The translations under genes were made by a program, and so were the position numbers. From Ginkgo biloba (lineage: Eukaryota; Plantae; Ginkgophyta), in contig JANKJI020000002.1 of NCBI GenBank assembly GCA_024626585.2, forward strand, positions 254,024,933-254,046,845: DNA of 21,913 nucleotides. Reading direction: 5' to 3'. The notes beneath the pieces are model-generated. The model worked only from the letters and a program-made list of their open reading frames with translations, did no database searches and had not been told where the DNA came from. Positions 1 through 11,538 of the stretch are shown one piece after another (within the stretch, counting starts at the first letter, position 1; each line of letters starts with the position of its first letter).

Positions 1-263
1 TGTGATTACCAAATTTTCTCCTATGTGCCTCCCTTCTTTAGATTTAGCATAACCTTTTCAAAACTTATTAAGGATGAAAAACCATCTTCAATATAAAATG
101 GAAGTCCCTAGAAGAGATCTCCTTACACCTTTCTTAATGAAATATCAACTATCAATTATACTTTTTTTCAAATGGAAAGTACAACATTCATTCACATTTA
201 TGGTAAGTACAAGGATCCTCATTTGTATTTGAAGTGTGTAACATAAGCACCTCATTTAATATG
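1..263. repeat. Dispersed repeat homologous to ~9285-9570 (older unclassified repeat; target of element 1)
   Basis: aaccttttcaaaacttattaaggatgaaaaaccatcttcaatataaaat (51-99) vs aaccttttcacaactgctcaagaatgcaaaatcatcttcgatataaaat (~9336-9384); caaggatcctcatttgtatttga vs caaggattctcatttggatttga. Confidence 0.8.
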
Positions 264-268
264 TGTAT

Positions 269-1892
269 TATTAACTATTTGAAGGGGTACCCCTATGTTT
301 TTAAGATTTTGGAAAAAATTCTCATTATGAGATTTATCACCCATGAAGAACCAAAGGAGAAGAAATCACCAGGACTCTATTGTGCATACAATCATTCACC
401 ATAGCCTATAATAATGGATCCAAAAATAAATCATGCTCACAAGAAGAAAATTTTTGGAGACTTGTTATAAAGGAGTCTTATCCCTAATTAGATTAGGGAA
501 TGATATGAGGACTAGGAATATCATGAATTCATATGTAATGAAAAGGTAGTGCAACATAAAGACAAGGTATATGATTCTCCCTAGGCACTTCAATGATCCT
601 ACCTAAACTAAGGAATAATTTTATGACTAGAGAGTGAGACCCAAATAAAAGGAATATACCTCTCCCTATATTTTTTAATGACCCTAAGTCAACCAAGGAA
701 TAATTTTACTTCTAAGGAGATACTTCAAAAATTCATATTAGAGAACAACTACATGAGCAAGGACTAAGATAAGACTATGATTCTACAAAAATAAGTCATA
801 TGGAGAATATGAACAAGGGAGAATATTTATAATAAAGGCCATGAATCCAAAATCTAGTGAAATGCAGTTAAATATGGCCCCCACGACCTTACCCCTTGTT
901 AAGTCTTATGTCATAGGTCGACAACATAGATCCTAAGAAAAGGCCATTCACAAAGAAATAATCTTCTCCCTAGATGATTCAATGACCCTAGATGAACCAA
1001 ATGATAATATCACTCTACAAGGGAGGTATTTGAAGGTATGATGAAGAAGAGATTACATAAGTAAGGATCGAGACTAGTCTATGATTTTATAAATATGTGC
1101 CATGTGGTGATGGTTATTCCTAAACACTTTAATGACCCTGCATGGACTAGGACACTTTTCATGATTCGGAAGTGAGACCCAAAGATAAGGGATATACCTG
1201 TTATTAGGCACTTTAATCACCTTGTTCTNNNNNNNNNNNNNNNTAGGGAGTGAGACCCAAAGATAAGGGAGATGCTTCTCCCTAAGAAATTTAATGAACC
1301 TGGTTGAACCAGGGAATAATTTCACTAACAGGGAGATGCTTCTAAAAGTTAGATCATAGAGAAGCTACATGGAAATACATTAAACTTGCCATAGACTTTG
1401 AAAGTGATAAAGTTTCTATCCCTTAACTTAAAAAGGTTCCATTCTTTACACCTTATGGGCCATGCATATTTTAGTTAGGGCCCCATTCTTGTATTTATTC
1501 AAGAGATATTTCCAAGTTGGCTTTGCAAAATGGATTTCTCCATATGATTGATTTGCAAAAGCCAAAGGGGAGAGACATACTAAAGAAAATACCCTAGTTG
1601 CAGAGATCTCTCTTGAGCCATTATGGAGACATTACGAACACAACCATAACCATTTATGGAGTAATTTTTTTTACACACAAATGGAGGGAGAAATCATGAT
1701 AGGATGGGTATGTCATTTGACGAGCAATGAAGAAAGTAGTATTAGGAACCATACTGACCATAAAGAGAATTTACAAAGATGGTTGGAGCCATTATGAAGG
1801 GATTTTTTGAAGTTACAATGGGGTGGCCAACCATGTGGGGAGGATGAGAATAAAAGGAGGGAAAGAAGTTGAAGAAAAGAGGGGATTCTTCT
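269..1892 (+). repeat. 5' LTR of element 1 (visible part; by length it should end near ~2390, inside N gap 1893-2843, which would also hide the PBS)
   Basis: Colinear with the 3' LTR, e.g. ataatggatccaaaaataaa at ~411 and ~5533, and ggaggatgagaataaaagg at ~1839 and ~7634. Confidence 0.88.
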
Positions 1893-3307
1893 NNNNNNNN
1901 NNNNNNNNNNNNNNNNNNNNNNNNNNNNNNNNNNNNNNNNNNNNNNNNNNNNNNNNNNNNNNNNNNNNNNNNNNNNNNNNNNNNNNNNNNNNNNNNNNNN
2001 NNNNNNNNNNNNNNNNNNNNNNNNNNNNNNNNNNNNNNNNNNNNNNNNNNNNNNNNNNNNNNNNNNNNNNNNNNNNNNNNNNNNNNNNNNNNNNNNNNNN
2101 NNNNNNNNNNNNNNNNNNNNNNNNNNNNNNNNNNNNNNNNNNNNNNNNNNNNNNNNNNNNNNNNNNNNNNNNNNNNNNNNNNNNNNNNNNNNNNNNNNNN
2201 NNNNNNNNNNNNNNNNNNNNNNNNNNNNNNNNNNNNNNNNNNNNNNNNNNNNNNNNNNNNNNNNNNNNNNNNNNNNNNNNNNNNNNNNNNNNNNNNNNNN
2301 NNNNNNNNNNNNNNNNNNNNNNNNNNNNNNNNNNNNNNNNNNNNNNNNNNNNNNNNNNNNNNNNNNNNNNNNNNNNNNNNNNNNNNNNNNNNNNNNNNNN
2401 NNNNNNNNNNNNNNNNNNNNNNNNNNNNNNNNNNNNNNNNNNNNNNNNNNNNNNNNNNNNNNNNNNNNNNNNNNNNNNNNNNNNNNNNNNNNNNNNNNNN
2501 NNNNNNNNNNNNNNNNNNNNNNNNNNNNNNNNNNNNNNNNNNNNNNNNNNNNNNNNNNNNNNNNNNNNNNNNNNNNNNNNNNNNNNNNNNNNNNNNNNNN
2601 NNNNNNNNNNNNNNNNNNNNNNNNNNNNNNNNNNNNNNNNNNNNNNNNNNNNNNNNNNNNNNNNNNNNNNNNNNNNNNNNNNNNNNNNNNNNNNNNNNNN
2701 NNNNNNNNNNNNNNNNNNNNNNNNNNNNNNNNNNNNNNNNNNNNNNNNNNNNNNNNNNNNNNNNNNNNNNNNNNNNNNNNNNNNNNNNNNNNNNNNNNNN
2801 NNNNNNNNNNNNNNNNNNNNNNNNNNNNNNNNNNNNNNNNNNNAACTTACCCTTCACTATTTTCCTATTTTGGTAATTCCCCCTCTAAGTTGAACCAATC
2901 TTTCCTTATCCACTTTTTGTACTCTGAGTGTTAAAAATAGCCATCAATAGAATTAGCAACTATATTGGGGATAAATCCTCATTTAGTTCAATATTATCCA
3001 TCAAACAGGATAATATAATAGCATAAATATAAGGAGGCCTTATGCTAGGTCACAAAGATCTCAAGGCATGATACAACCTTTCCAAAGATATCCTACTAAT
3101 AGAAAGAAAAGAAGATCCATTATAAAGAGAGTACCCTTAGCACCCATGATTGTTGATGCTAAAATAGAAGAAGTTGCCACCTCCTTAGCATAATAACTCG
3201 CACTAGGATATCTTTCTATAGCTCATACACTTTAGCATAATTTTTCTCTTCCATCCAAATTTGTACACCCCCCACCCTCCACTTTCCTATCAAAGCCACC
3301 TCCTAAA

Positions 3308-4156
3308 ATGGCAGCAACAATGCCCTAGATAACAAGTTTCCCTATGAATGTAGGAGGCCACCTAGATGATGTGCCTAACAAAGCCTGAGATGCATGTCCC
3401 AAATTTAGGGGGGATAATTCTCCCTTAGGAGAGCAACATTTGGATAACTTTGCATCCATGTGTGGGAATTTTAATATCACACAGGAGAATGTGGCCATGT
3501 GATTGTTCATCCATTATTTTGAGGCAAAATTATTGCATTGGTATTAATCTCTCCCAAATGGATCCATTACTAGTTGGGACACACTTATGCAAAATTTTAG
3601 GTCAAAATTCCTTCAAGAGAAGTCCACTACCATGATGATCAAGGAGTTATCTACTATCAAGAAAGGAAATATAGATATTATCAAGGAGTATGTATCCATA
3701 TATTATAGAGTCCTTAATTAAATTCCTAATAATGATGGACCAGTAGCAGAGGTACAAAAATAATGGTTCTTAGAAGGATTGGATCTAGATATGAGATATA
3801 TAGTAGAAGATAAGATCCCTATTGATTTGGACTATACAAAGAGGACAACCATGGTCATTGAGAAGAGACTATATAAAGTCAAAAAAGTGAAAACCTCGAT
3901 TCCTATCTATGACCATATTGAGCCTTTGGTTGAATATCCCCAAATCTTAGTGATGCTTTAGCACTTGAATAATGAACTCATTTCCCTTAGAAGACAGATG
4001 CATGTTGGGAAAGTAGGTATTGGTAAAGGAATGAACTCATCAAGAGAAGAAAACCCAAACCTAATATCAACCATTTTTCTTGTGCCTACCAATATTATGA
4101 TGATAGAAATATCCATTAAACATAAACAAGACAAGGATGCCCTTGTCACCTTTTGA
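3308..4156 (+). pseudogene. gag: Degenerate Ty3/gypsy Gag (retrotransposon gag domain)
   Basis: Manual translation in one frame: ...CPKFRGDNSPLGEQHLDNFASMCGNFNITQENVAM*LFIHYFEAKLLHWY*SLPNGSITSWDTLMQNFRSKF...WFLEGLDLDMR. This fits the PKFxG/HL..F/RLF/W..LP.GSI.SW..L...F gag pattern. Seven internal in-frame stops. Track ORFs 3779-3961 and 3965-4156 are pieces of this frame. Confidence 0.88.
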
Positions 4157-5350
4157 GACTTTTTTTAAGTTTATGGAGAATCAGAGAAGGATATCCTATT
4201 CTTCCCAAATTTTTTAGCATCTTCTAGTTAGTCTCATTTAGAGACAAAGAACATGAAAATATGGTTTGACAAAACCAATGTTATTTTGGTTAGTCAAATG
4301 AGAAGTAAAATGGTTGAAGATATAGGAAAGAATAAAGATCTTAGTAGAACCAATAGATCCATTAATGTTACATCTACTNNNNNNNNNNNNNNNNNNNNNN
4401 NNNNNNNNNNNNNNNNNNNNNNNNNNNNNNNNNNNNNNNNNNNNNNNNNNNNNNNNNNNNNNNNNNNNNNNNNNNNNNNNNNNNNNNNNNNNNNNNNNAA
4501 TTAGATCTTATTTTTACTAAACATGATTGTTCTTATAAAGAGGAACAAGAGGAAGAAGATGGTAATCAACTCTAGGAGATGTATTTTGATGAATCGATAA
4601 ATGAAGAAAACTAACTAGATGATATTATATCTATGATATTACCTAACTCTGGTATCCCAATGAAGAGATTTCTAATTGATGTAGTCACAAGGTCTGTGGT
4701 ACCCAATAATACTACCCATTTCCATATCTTCAAGGATGGAAAGATGATCCTTCCCCTCCTCTAGGAGTNNNNNNNNNNNNNNNNNNNNNNNNNNNNNNNN
4801 NNNNNNNNNNNNNNNNAAAGGATCTCTCAAATGAACATTTTATGAACCATAAAGGAGTTAAAGAAGTAATACTTTAGTAAAAAACTAGTAAGACCCCAAA
4901 GGGACTCATCCCCTTTCGATATTCATACACTAATAATGTCCCTTAAATATATGAATTCAAAGGGAGGATTGGTATAAAGGAGTCATATAGGGTGTATTAT
5001 TGTATGATTTTATCTCCTCAAATCAGTCAAAAGTCATTTACACTGGTAAAGATTCTCTCCAATGGGAGATGGAGAAGTTGATCACCCTATACTAATAATA
5101 TATAGTGATAACTACCTCATCTTCCTAATGTTACATGGTCTTTGACCCAAGAATCATACAACCATAGTCAAATTTTGTACATTGTTATCTTTATTTTATT
5201 TGATTGAAGAATTAATCTTAGGGTTCACTTTTTACATCAGGGCCTAATGGGATAAGGAGACTAGAAAAGCCTTTAATAAAAATTTTCTTTATTTTATTTT
5301 CTGGTTCAATAAATAGAATGGTTTTGGTAAAACCCATATAGGGTGATGAC

Positions 5351-5366
5351 AACCAAGGAGGCCACT
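5351..5366 (+). other. Polypurine-tract-like site of element 1
   Basis: aaccaaggaggccact directly precedes the TG of the 3' LTR. A homologous tract precedes the element 2 LTR on the minus strand (10524-10539). Confidence 0.6.
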
Positions 5367-5665
5367 TGTTGAATCGTTGAATGATCACCTCTATTTTTTT
5401 AATTTTTTGGTAGAAAATGCTCATNNNNNNNNNNNNNNNNNNNNNNNNNNNNNNNNNNNNNNNNNNNNNNNNNNNNNNNNNAAGAAATCACTAGGATTCT
5501 AATTCACATATTCCTCTCTACCATAGACTAAAATAATGGATCCAAAAATAAATTATGCTCATGAGAAGTGAAGTTTGGGAGAATGATTATGGAGGAGTCT
5601 TCTCCTTGATTAGATCATAGAATGATATGAGGACCAGGACTAGGATGAATTCATGTGTAATGAAT

Positions 5666-5918
5666 AGGGAGTGAGACATAAATATAAGGGAGATGCTTCT
5701 TTATGGACTTCAATGACCTTGGCTAACCTAAGGAATAATTTCATGACTAGGGAGTGAGACCCAAAGACAAAGGAGATGCTTCTCCCTTGGAACTTTAATG
5801 ACCCTAGTTGAAATGAGGAATAATTTTATGACTAGGGAGTAAGACCCAGAAATAAGGAAGATACCTCTCCCTACATGCTTTAATGACCTTGTCTAAATAA
5901 GGGAATAATTTCACTACT
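5666..5918 (+). repeat. ~85-bp tandem subrepeat within the LTR (3 units here; further units at ~544-713, ~950-1030, ~1110-1340 and ~6300-6530)
   Basis: Units start at 5666, 5749 and 5834. Approximate consensus: agggagtgagacccaaagataagggagatgcttctccctaggaactttaatgaccctagttgaaccagggaataattttatgact. Confidence 0.9.
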
Positions 5919-6674
5919 AGCGAGATGCTTCTAAAAGTCATATCAAGGAGTGAATACATGAGCAAGGGCTAAGAATGATCCATGATTTTATAAACTTGAG
6001 AAACAATGTTAATATGAATAAGGGAGTATTTTCATAATAAAGGCCATGGACCCAAAATATAGTTAAATGTAGTTAAAAGNNNNNNNNNNNNNNNNNGAGA
6101 CCTCACCCCATGATAAGTCTCATGCCATAGGTCAATTATGTAGATCTAAAGAAAAGGCCATTCTCAAAGGAAGATGCTTCTCCTCGGATGAACTTGGGAA
6201 CCATCTCACTACTAGGGAGGTATTTAAAAGTTTGATTAGGAAGCAACTTTATGATAAAGGACTAAGGCTAGTCCATGATTTTATAAACCTGCACCCTACG
6301 ATGATCATTCTCCCTAGATGCTTCAATGATCTTGGTTGGACCTGGAATCTTTTAAAGCCTAGAGAGTGAGACCCAAACATAAGGGAGATACCTATCCTTG
6401 GGCACTTTAATTAACCTAACCAAACTAGGAAATAATTTTATGACTAGGGAGTGAGACCTAAACCCAAGGGAGATGCTTCTCCCTAGGAACTTTAATGACC
6501 CTAGCTAAAGTAGGGAAGAATTTCACTATCAGGGATATGATTTAAAATTTAGATGACAGAATTACTTCATGACAAGCCACCACAACATCCATGGACTTAG
6601 GTGATAAATTTTTTACCCGTTCACTAGGAAGTTTCCATGCTTCACAGCTTATGGATCGTGTAGATCATAGTCAA

Positions 6675-7272
6675 TGTGAAAAATAAGAATACTAGAATTG
6701 GTCTAATACTCCATAAAAGAACACAAACACATAAATCCAATAGAATTGGTATACCTTCGATTCATCAACTCTGCATTAGCTTTGCACATAGCCTCAGGGT
6801 ATATTTATACATTTATAATTTTTACAATTATGTATTTGTACATTTACAATTGTATTATAATTGTTAGTTTTGGATGTGACACATTTCCAATAACTCCCTA
6901 CACTTGTCACTAAGGTGTTGACCTAGCTACGACTCACCCTAATGACCCTTTAACCCTTTGAACGGACATAGGTCTCACGACATTAGGTCGTGACCCTATT
7001 TACAATAANNNNNNNNNNNNNNNNNNNNNNNNNNNNNNNNNNNNNNNNNNNNNNNNNNNNNNNNNNNNNNNNNNNNNNNNNNNNNNNNNNNNNNNNNNNN
7101 NNNNNNNNGTCCAGTAACCCCCAACACTTGTCACTAAGGTGTTGACCTAGATATGACTCACCCTAATGACCCTTTAACTCTCCTAAAGGACATAGGTCTC
7201 ATGATATTAGGTCACGATCTTATTTACAGTAAATTCACATGTAAACATTAAAAATAGATAAATATTCTAATA
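6675..7272 (-). mobile_element. Nested solo LTR (~600 bp) inserted in the 3' LTR of element 1
   Basis: Absent from the 5' LTR at the equivalent site (~1470). Begins TGTGAAAAATA and ends TATTCTAATA (decayed ...AACA). Flanked by GTCAA (6670-6674) and ATCAA (7273-7277), a 5-bp TSD with 1 mismatch. TATAAATA on the minus strand at 6802-6809 gives the tentative orientation. Confidence 0.78.
6887..7232. repeat. ~120-bp direct repeat inside the solo LTR (6887-7008 and 7111-7232), separated by a 100-N gap
   Basis: Both copies share cacttgtcactaaggtgttgacctag...gactcaccctaatgaccctttaac...ggacataggtctca, with scattered substitutions. Confidence 0.9.
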
Positions 7273-10164
7273 ATCAAGATCCCATTCTCACAATAAGAAA
7301 TTTTTTCCAAGATAGATTTACACACTAGAGTTCTCCACAAGTTGGTTCTATGAAAGCCAAAGGGGAGTGCCATACTGAAGAAAATAATTTAGTTTCTAAG
7401 ATCACTCTTGATCCATGAGAGATTAATTACAAAAGTGATCATAACCATTTATGAAGAATTTTTTGTTACATGCAAGTGGAGGTAGAAATCTTACTAGGAT
7501 GGGTATGTAATTTGCAAAACAATGAAGAGAGTAGTTGTAGAGACCATAAATACCATAAAGATAATTTATATAAATGCTTGGAGCCATTATTTATGGATTT
7601 TCTAAACATACATTAGGGTGGCCAGCCACCTGAGGAGGATGAGAATAAAAGGTGAGATAGTAGTTAGATAAAAGGGTGGTTCTTCTTCTTAGACTAATTT
7701 CAATGTTTTATCATAATTTCTTCTCTGCTATTGTTCACCTTTGAGTTTCTTCATATCCCTCCTTATTGTCATCATTTTTTGGTGCATACTCTTCCTACTA
7801 TCTATGTTGTGTAATGTTGTAACTATTTAGAAGCATCAAGAGGTAAAGTCTTTTCAAAGAATTGATCTCAAATGAGAGACATTTTGTTTGATAGAAATAA
7901 ATTTTTTTAGTCTTATATATCGAGTTATGATGTGATGTATGTTCTAAAATGTATAATTTTCATTAAATAAAGTATTATCATTTACTGATATTCACCTAGT
8001 GATGTTATTGGGTATTTTTGAAATTGAAGTGATATGTTATATTACATAAGTTGTCTGGTAATTCTATCTAAACAAATGTAAAATAATATATCCATTTACT
8101 CCCTAAAGGTAAGTGACCAAAAGAAATTTCCCCTTTGGTGGTTTTCTTAAGAGGGTGTGTAGAATATTTTACTCCTAATATTTATTCATGTGTTATCTTG
8201 CCAATTAAAGCTAGATGGTCTAGTTATGCCATCCTACTAGCTCCAATAATAGATGCACTCTATAATTCCTACTAGTGATGTTAAAGGGTCTAGTTATGTC
8301 ATTGTACTAGCCTCATCAAGTAGATATTCTAGCTTTTGTGTCTCCGTGTATACTATTGAAGTGGACAATTTAGTTAGTCTATCATACCACTTCATANNNN
8401 NNNNNNNNNNNNNNNNNNNNNNNNNNNNNNNNNNNNNNNNNNNNNNNNNNNNNNNNNNNNNNNNNNNNNNNNNNNNNNNNNNNNNNNNNNNNNNNNTAAT
8501 ATTTTGGTTTCATGGCATTTATGATTTCATACAAGCAATACTTAGGATGCCTCTCACTTATTTTCCTAACTACTTTTATTTTTCTTAAATGGTGTCATGG
8601 AGGCCCTCTGCAATCTTATCATTCTTCTTAAAATATTGGTTATGGATTTGAGCTACTATTCCAAGATTCCCCTTTAAATGTGGATACTTCCCAATCATTC
8701 ATGGAACAAAATATCAACAACCCAAGAGGAATAACACCTCTTACGACATCACTTAAATGCATGGCCATCTTGGTGTATCCAATTTAGCAACAACTTGGTT
8801 ATGGAAAAGGCCCCAGGGGGGGGTGCGAGATGCCATATTAGAGAGGATGGAAAAACCATACATTAAAACTCCATTAAGAATAGATAAATCTTCTACACAT
8901 GAGGTGTGTTCTCCACTATAAATTGGAAAATATCCATAGACATACTATGTATAGACATTTCTTTACAATGGAGATATCCTAGTTCTTTGGATGAACATTG
9001 GTAGGAGAGGCTCAAATATAGGAGGGGAACCACTCCCTTACCCTAGTCATCCCATCTCTTCTTGGCCTAGTTAAGGCGTACTCATTGAAGTTTCTTGAAT
9101 GCCTAAACTCCAAACTCAATCCCTACTCTAGGGTATGATTCTTCATCATGATCAAACGAAGATCACAAAAATGTCAAGGGAAGGGAAGCTACCCTGCTCT
9201 TGTTTGTGGGGGAACTCCTTATACATCTTGAAAAATTTCCCTACTAATGATATGGCCACCTCTGTAGCCACTATATTTACCCTGGTATGACTACCACGTT
9301 TCCTCTTACATGCTTCCTCCCTTCAACTTTCGTAGAACCTTTTCACAACTGCTCAAGAATGCAAAATCATCTTCGATATAAAATAACAAGCCTCGAAAGA
9401 GATATCCTTAAACCTTCATTAATGAATATCAGTTGTTAGCAATACTCTTTGTGAAATGAAAAGTCTAAAATTCTTTCAGCATTAAGTACAAAGGTTTTCA
9501 CTCGCATTCATGGAAGGTGCAAGGATTCTCATTTGGATTTGAGGCATACGACTAGGTCACCCATTAAATACTCATACCATGAATATGGACCTCCATGAGT
9601 TGGGACCTGTCATGTATGGGGGACACATGGAAACCTTTATTACCTTCTTAATTAATGCCTTTGCTTTTGGATCTCCTCATGTTTTCAGGTTTTGGTAGTT
9701 CAGGGTTTTGGAAAGGATGTCTCATATTCTTGCTTTGCATTTCCTCAAAATCTTAAACTCTAAATCATGTCTCTTGATAGAGTTGTGGATGTGATCTCCT
9801 AACTAATTAAAATTTATTTTTCACTTGGGTCTATGGGATGCTGCTAGGAAATGACTTATCCTATTTATTTCCTAANNNNNNNNNNNNNNNNNNNNNNNNN
9901 NTTAACTCCTTTTTTATTTTGTCTCAGGTCTGTGAGTCATTAGGGATTTTAAGAGGAGATCTTAGACATATTCATTTTAATCGCCCAAACCCTAAAATCC
10001 TAATATTTTCCTTTTGGTTTCTTTTGATCATCATTCACCATAGCTTCAGTAAAATATATTTGATTTTATTTAATTCTTGGGTCCATTGCTTTAGGATTTG
10101 GTGAAAGTGCATTAGGGCATATGCATTAGAGACTTATGAAATATTCAACTTTTGATAAAATTCC

Positions 10165-10523
10165 TCCTAAACACAAAGATGAATAGGAGTCCCTAACTCT
10201 AGTATATAATTTTTCACCCTAAGAAAACAAAGATGAAAAGGGTACTAAGGGAAGAGAATATCCCTTATCTTGACTTATCTTACTTATTGTCAAACATATA
10301 CCTCTTACCTATGCTTTGTATTATTCAACAACATCTGTAGCATAAATTTTTAGAGAGTCTGCAAGTGCTTCATGGCTCCTGATAACTTCTTCTCCATCTA
10401 TCCTTGTTTCGAAAATATTAATTTCCCTCCACATTTATCTTCTTTATGGGTGATGGATCCTACAATGATAATTTCTTTCCTAGGGATCATAAAATATAGG
10501 GGTTCCCTTTCAAGGGGTCAACA
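10165..10523 (-). repeat. 3' LTR of element 2 (recognisable proximal part; distal end unresolved)
   Basis: Begins TGTTGACCCCTTG on the minus strand just after a PPT-like tract, ~120 bp downstream of the integrase stop. Direct repeat of ~11890-12327. Confidence 0.75.
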
Positions 10524-10644
10524 AATGACTTCCTTAATTGGCATTACCCCTTATGGGTTATGAAAAACCAAGTTGTTTACTGAACTATAAAATAAAACAA
10601 AAAATAAATTAAGTTATATTACAATGGTGCCTTGACTAAGATTT

Positions 10645-11538
10645 TTACGAGTAAAATGTTTTTGGATATTTCCTATTAATTGGAATGGGAATAATATCTC
10701 CATTAGGATTTTTCATCTTGAAGGTATGGCTACTAATCATCTCTAAAATCTCAAAGGGACTAAGCTAAAGAAAATTAAATTTCTTGTATGCTCTTAGCTT
10801 CTCTCTTTCCTTGTCCCACATTAGGACCTTATAACCTAGTTTAAAATTTTTAATAAGCATGACCCTTTTATAAAAATAGTTCTTAATTCTTCCATGGTGA
10901 CTCTAAAGTCTTTGCTATGAATTTTCCCTCTTTTCTTCTAGACATAAAATTCTTACAACCTCTTCTTGACTAGGGATAAATGATTGACATCAGGATTTGC
11001 TAATTACAATGCTATTGATAAAATATTAGTAGGTACCAATACTTCTTGACCATACACTAACATAAAAAGATAGTATTGGATAGTTTCCTTTAGAGTTATT
11101 CGATCATATAATAAAGCGCGATGCAGTTTATCATGCTAGTTCTTCTTATTTTAATCAATGGTCCTCTTTAGGATTAAAATTAGGTAGGTGTTTCCTCACC
11201 GTTTTCCACTCCCTTGTGGATAATGATTTAAATATAGGGAGAAAAAAACTCCATAACTCTAGCTAAAATCAATCATGTTAGTGCCTATAAAGGTTGGACC
11301 ATTATCGGATATCAGGGTTGTAGGCAGTCTAAATCATAGTAGAATAGTGTATTATAAGAATTCTATCACTACTATTGATATGGCCTATTTGGTAAAAACT
11401 TTCACTAACCATTAGNNNNNNNNNNNNNNNNNNNNNNNNNNNNNNNNNNNNNNNNNNNNNNNNNNNNNNNNNNNNNNNNNNNNNNNNNNNNNNNNNNNNN
11501 NNNNNNNNNNNNNNNTTATGACCACAAATAAGGGGCAC
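10645..11538 (-). pseudogene. pol: Degenerate Ty3/gypsy integrase (rve core plus C-terminal GPY/F region), Tat/Ogre-like (element 2)
   Basis: Minus-strand translation: VVIEFL*YTILL*FRLPTTLISDNGPTFIG...SYGV...HYPQGSG...ILKRTID*NKKN*HDKLHRAL...DRIT...GQEVLVPTNI...FKLGYKVLMWDKERE...KKFNFL*LSPFEILE...IPINRKYPKTFYS*. Multiple stops and frameshifts; the first catalytic Asp region falls in gap 11416-11515. Confidence 0.88.

Larger units (their letters stand above)
269..8180 (+). mobile_element. Ancient Ty3/gypsy LTR retrotransposon (element 1), non-autonomous or internally deleted: LTR-gag-LTR
   Basis: Long direct repeats: 269-~1470 matches 5367-~6674, and ~1481-1892 matches ~7281-7686. Termini are TATT/TGTT...TAATA (decayed TG...CA). 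Flanks TGTAT (264-268) and TTTAT (8181-8185) form a 5-bp TSD with 1 mismatch. A gag remnant lies inside and a PPT-like tract precedes the 3' LTR. Confidence 0.88.
5367..8180 (+). repeat. 3' LTR of element 1, interrupted by a nested solo LTR at 6675-7272
   Basis: Starts TGTTGA right after a purine-rich tract and aligns to the 5' LTR on both sides of the insertion. Ends ...actcctaata followed by the TSD copy; the right end is inferred from terminus plus TSD because its partner is in the gap. Confidence 0.82.

Noticed and set aside
1742-2893. Long ORFs of 335-371 aa in the ORF track
   Set aside because: Artefacts of reading through the 951-N gap.
544-6530. Regularly spaced repeats superficially like a CRISPR array
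   Set aside because: Whole ~85-bp units repeat with no unique spacers, they lie inside LTRs of a plant retrotransposon, and there are no cas genes.
8217-8311. 25-bp imperfect direct repeat ggtctagttatg.cat..tactagc at 70-bp spacing
   Set aside because: Only two copies next to a gap; probably a TE-internal repeat that cannot be classified.
9781-9787. AGTTG+TG as the distal end and TSD of element 2 (vs ACTTG at 12328-12332)
   Set aside because: Only 4/5 match, no terminal inverted match to TGTTGA, and no supporting homology in the other LTR copy.
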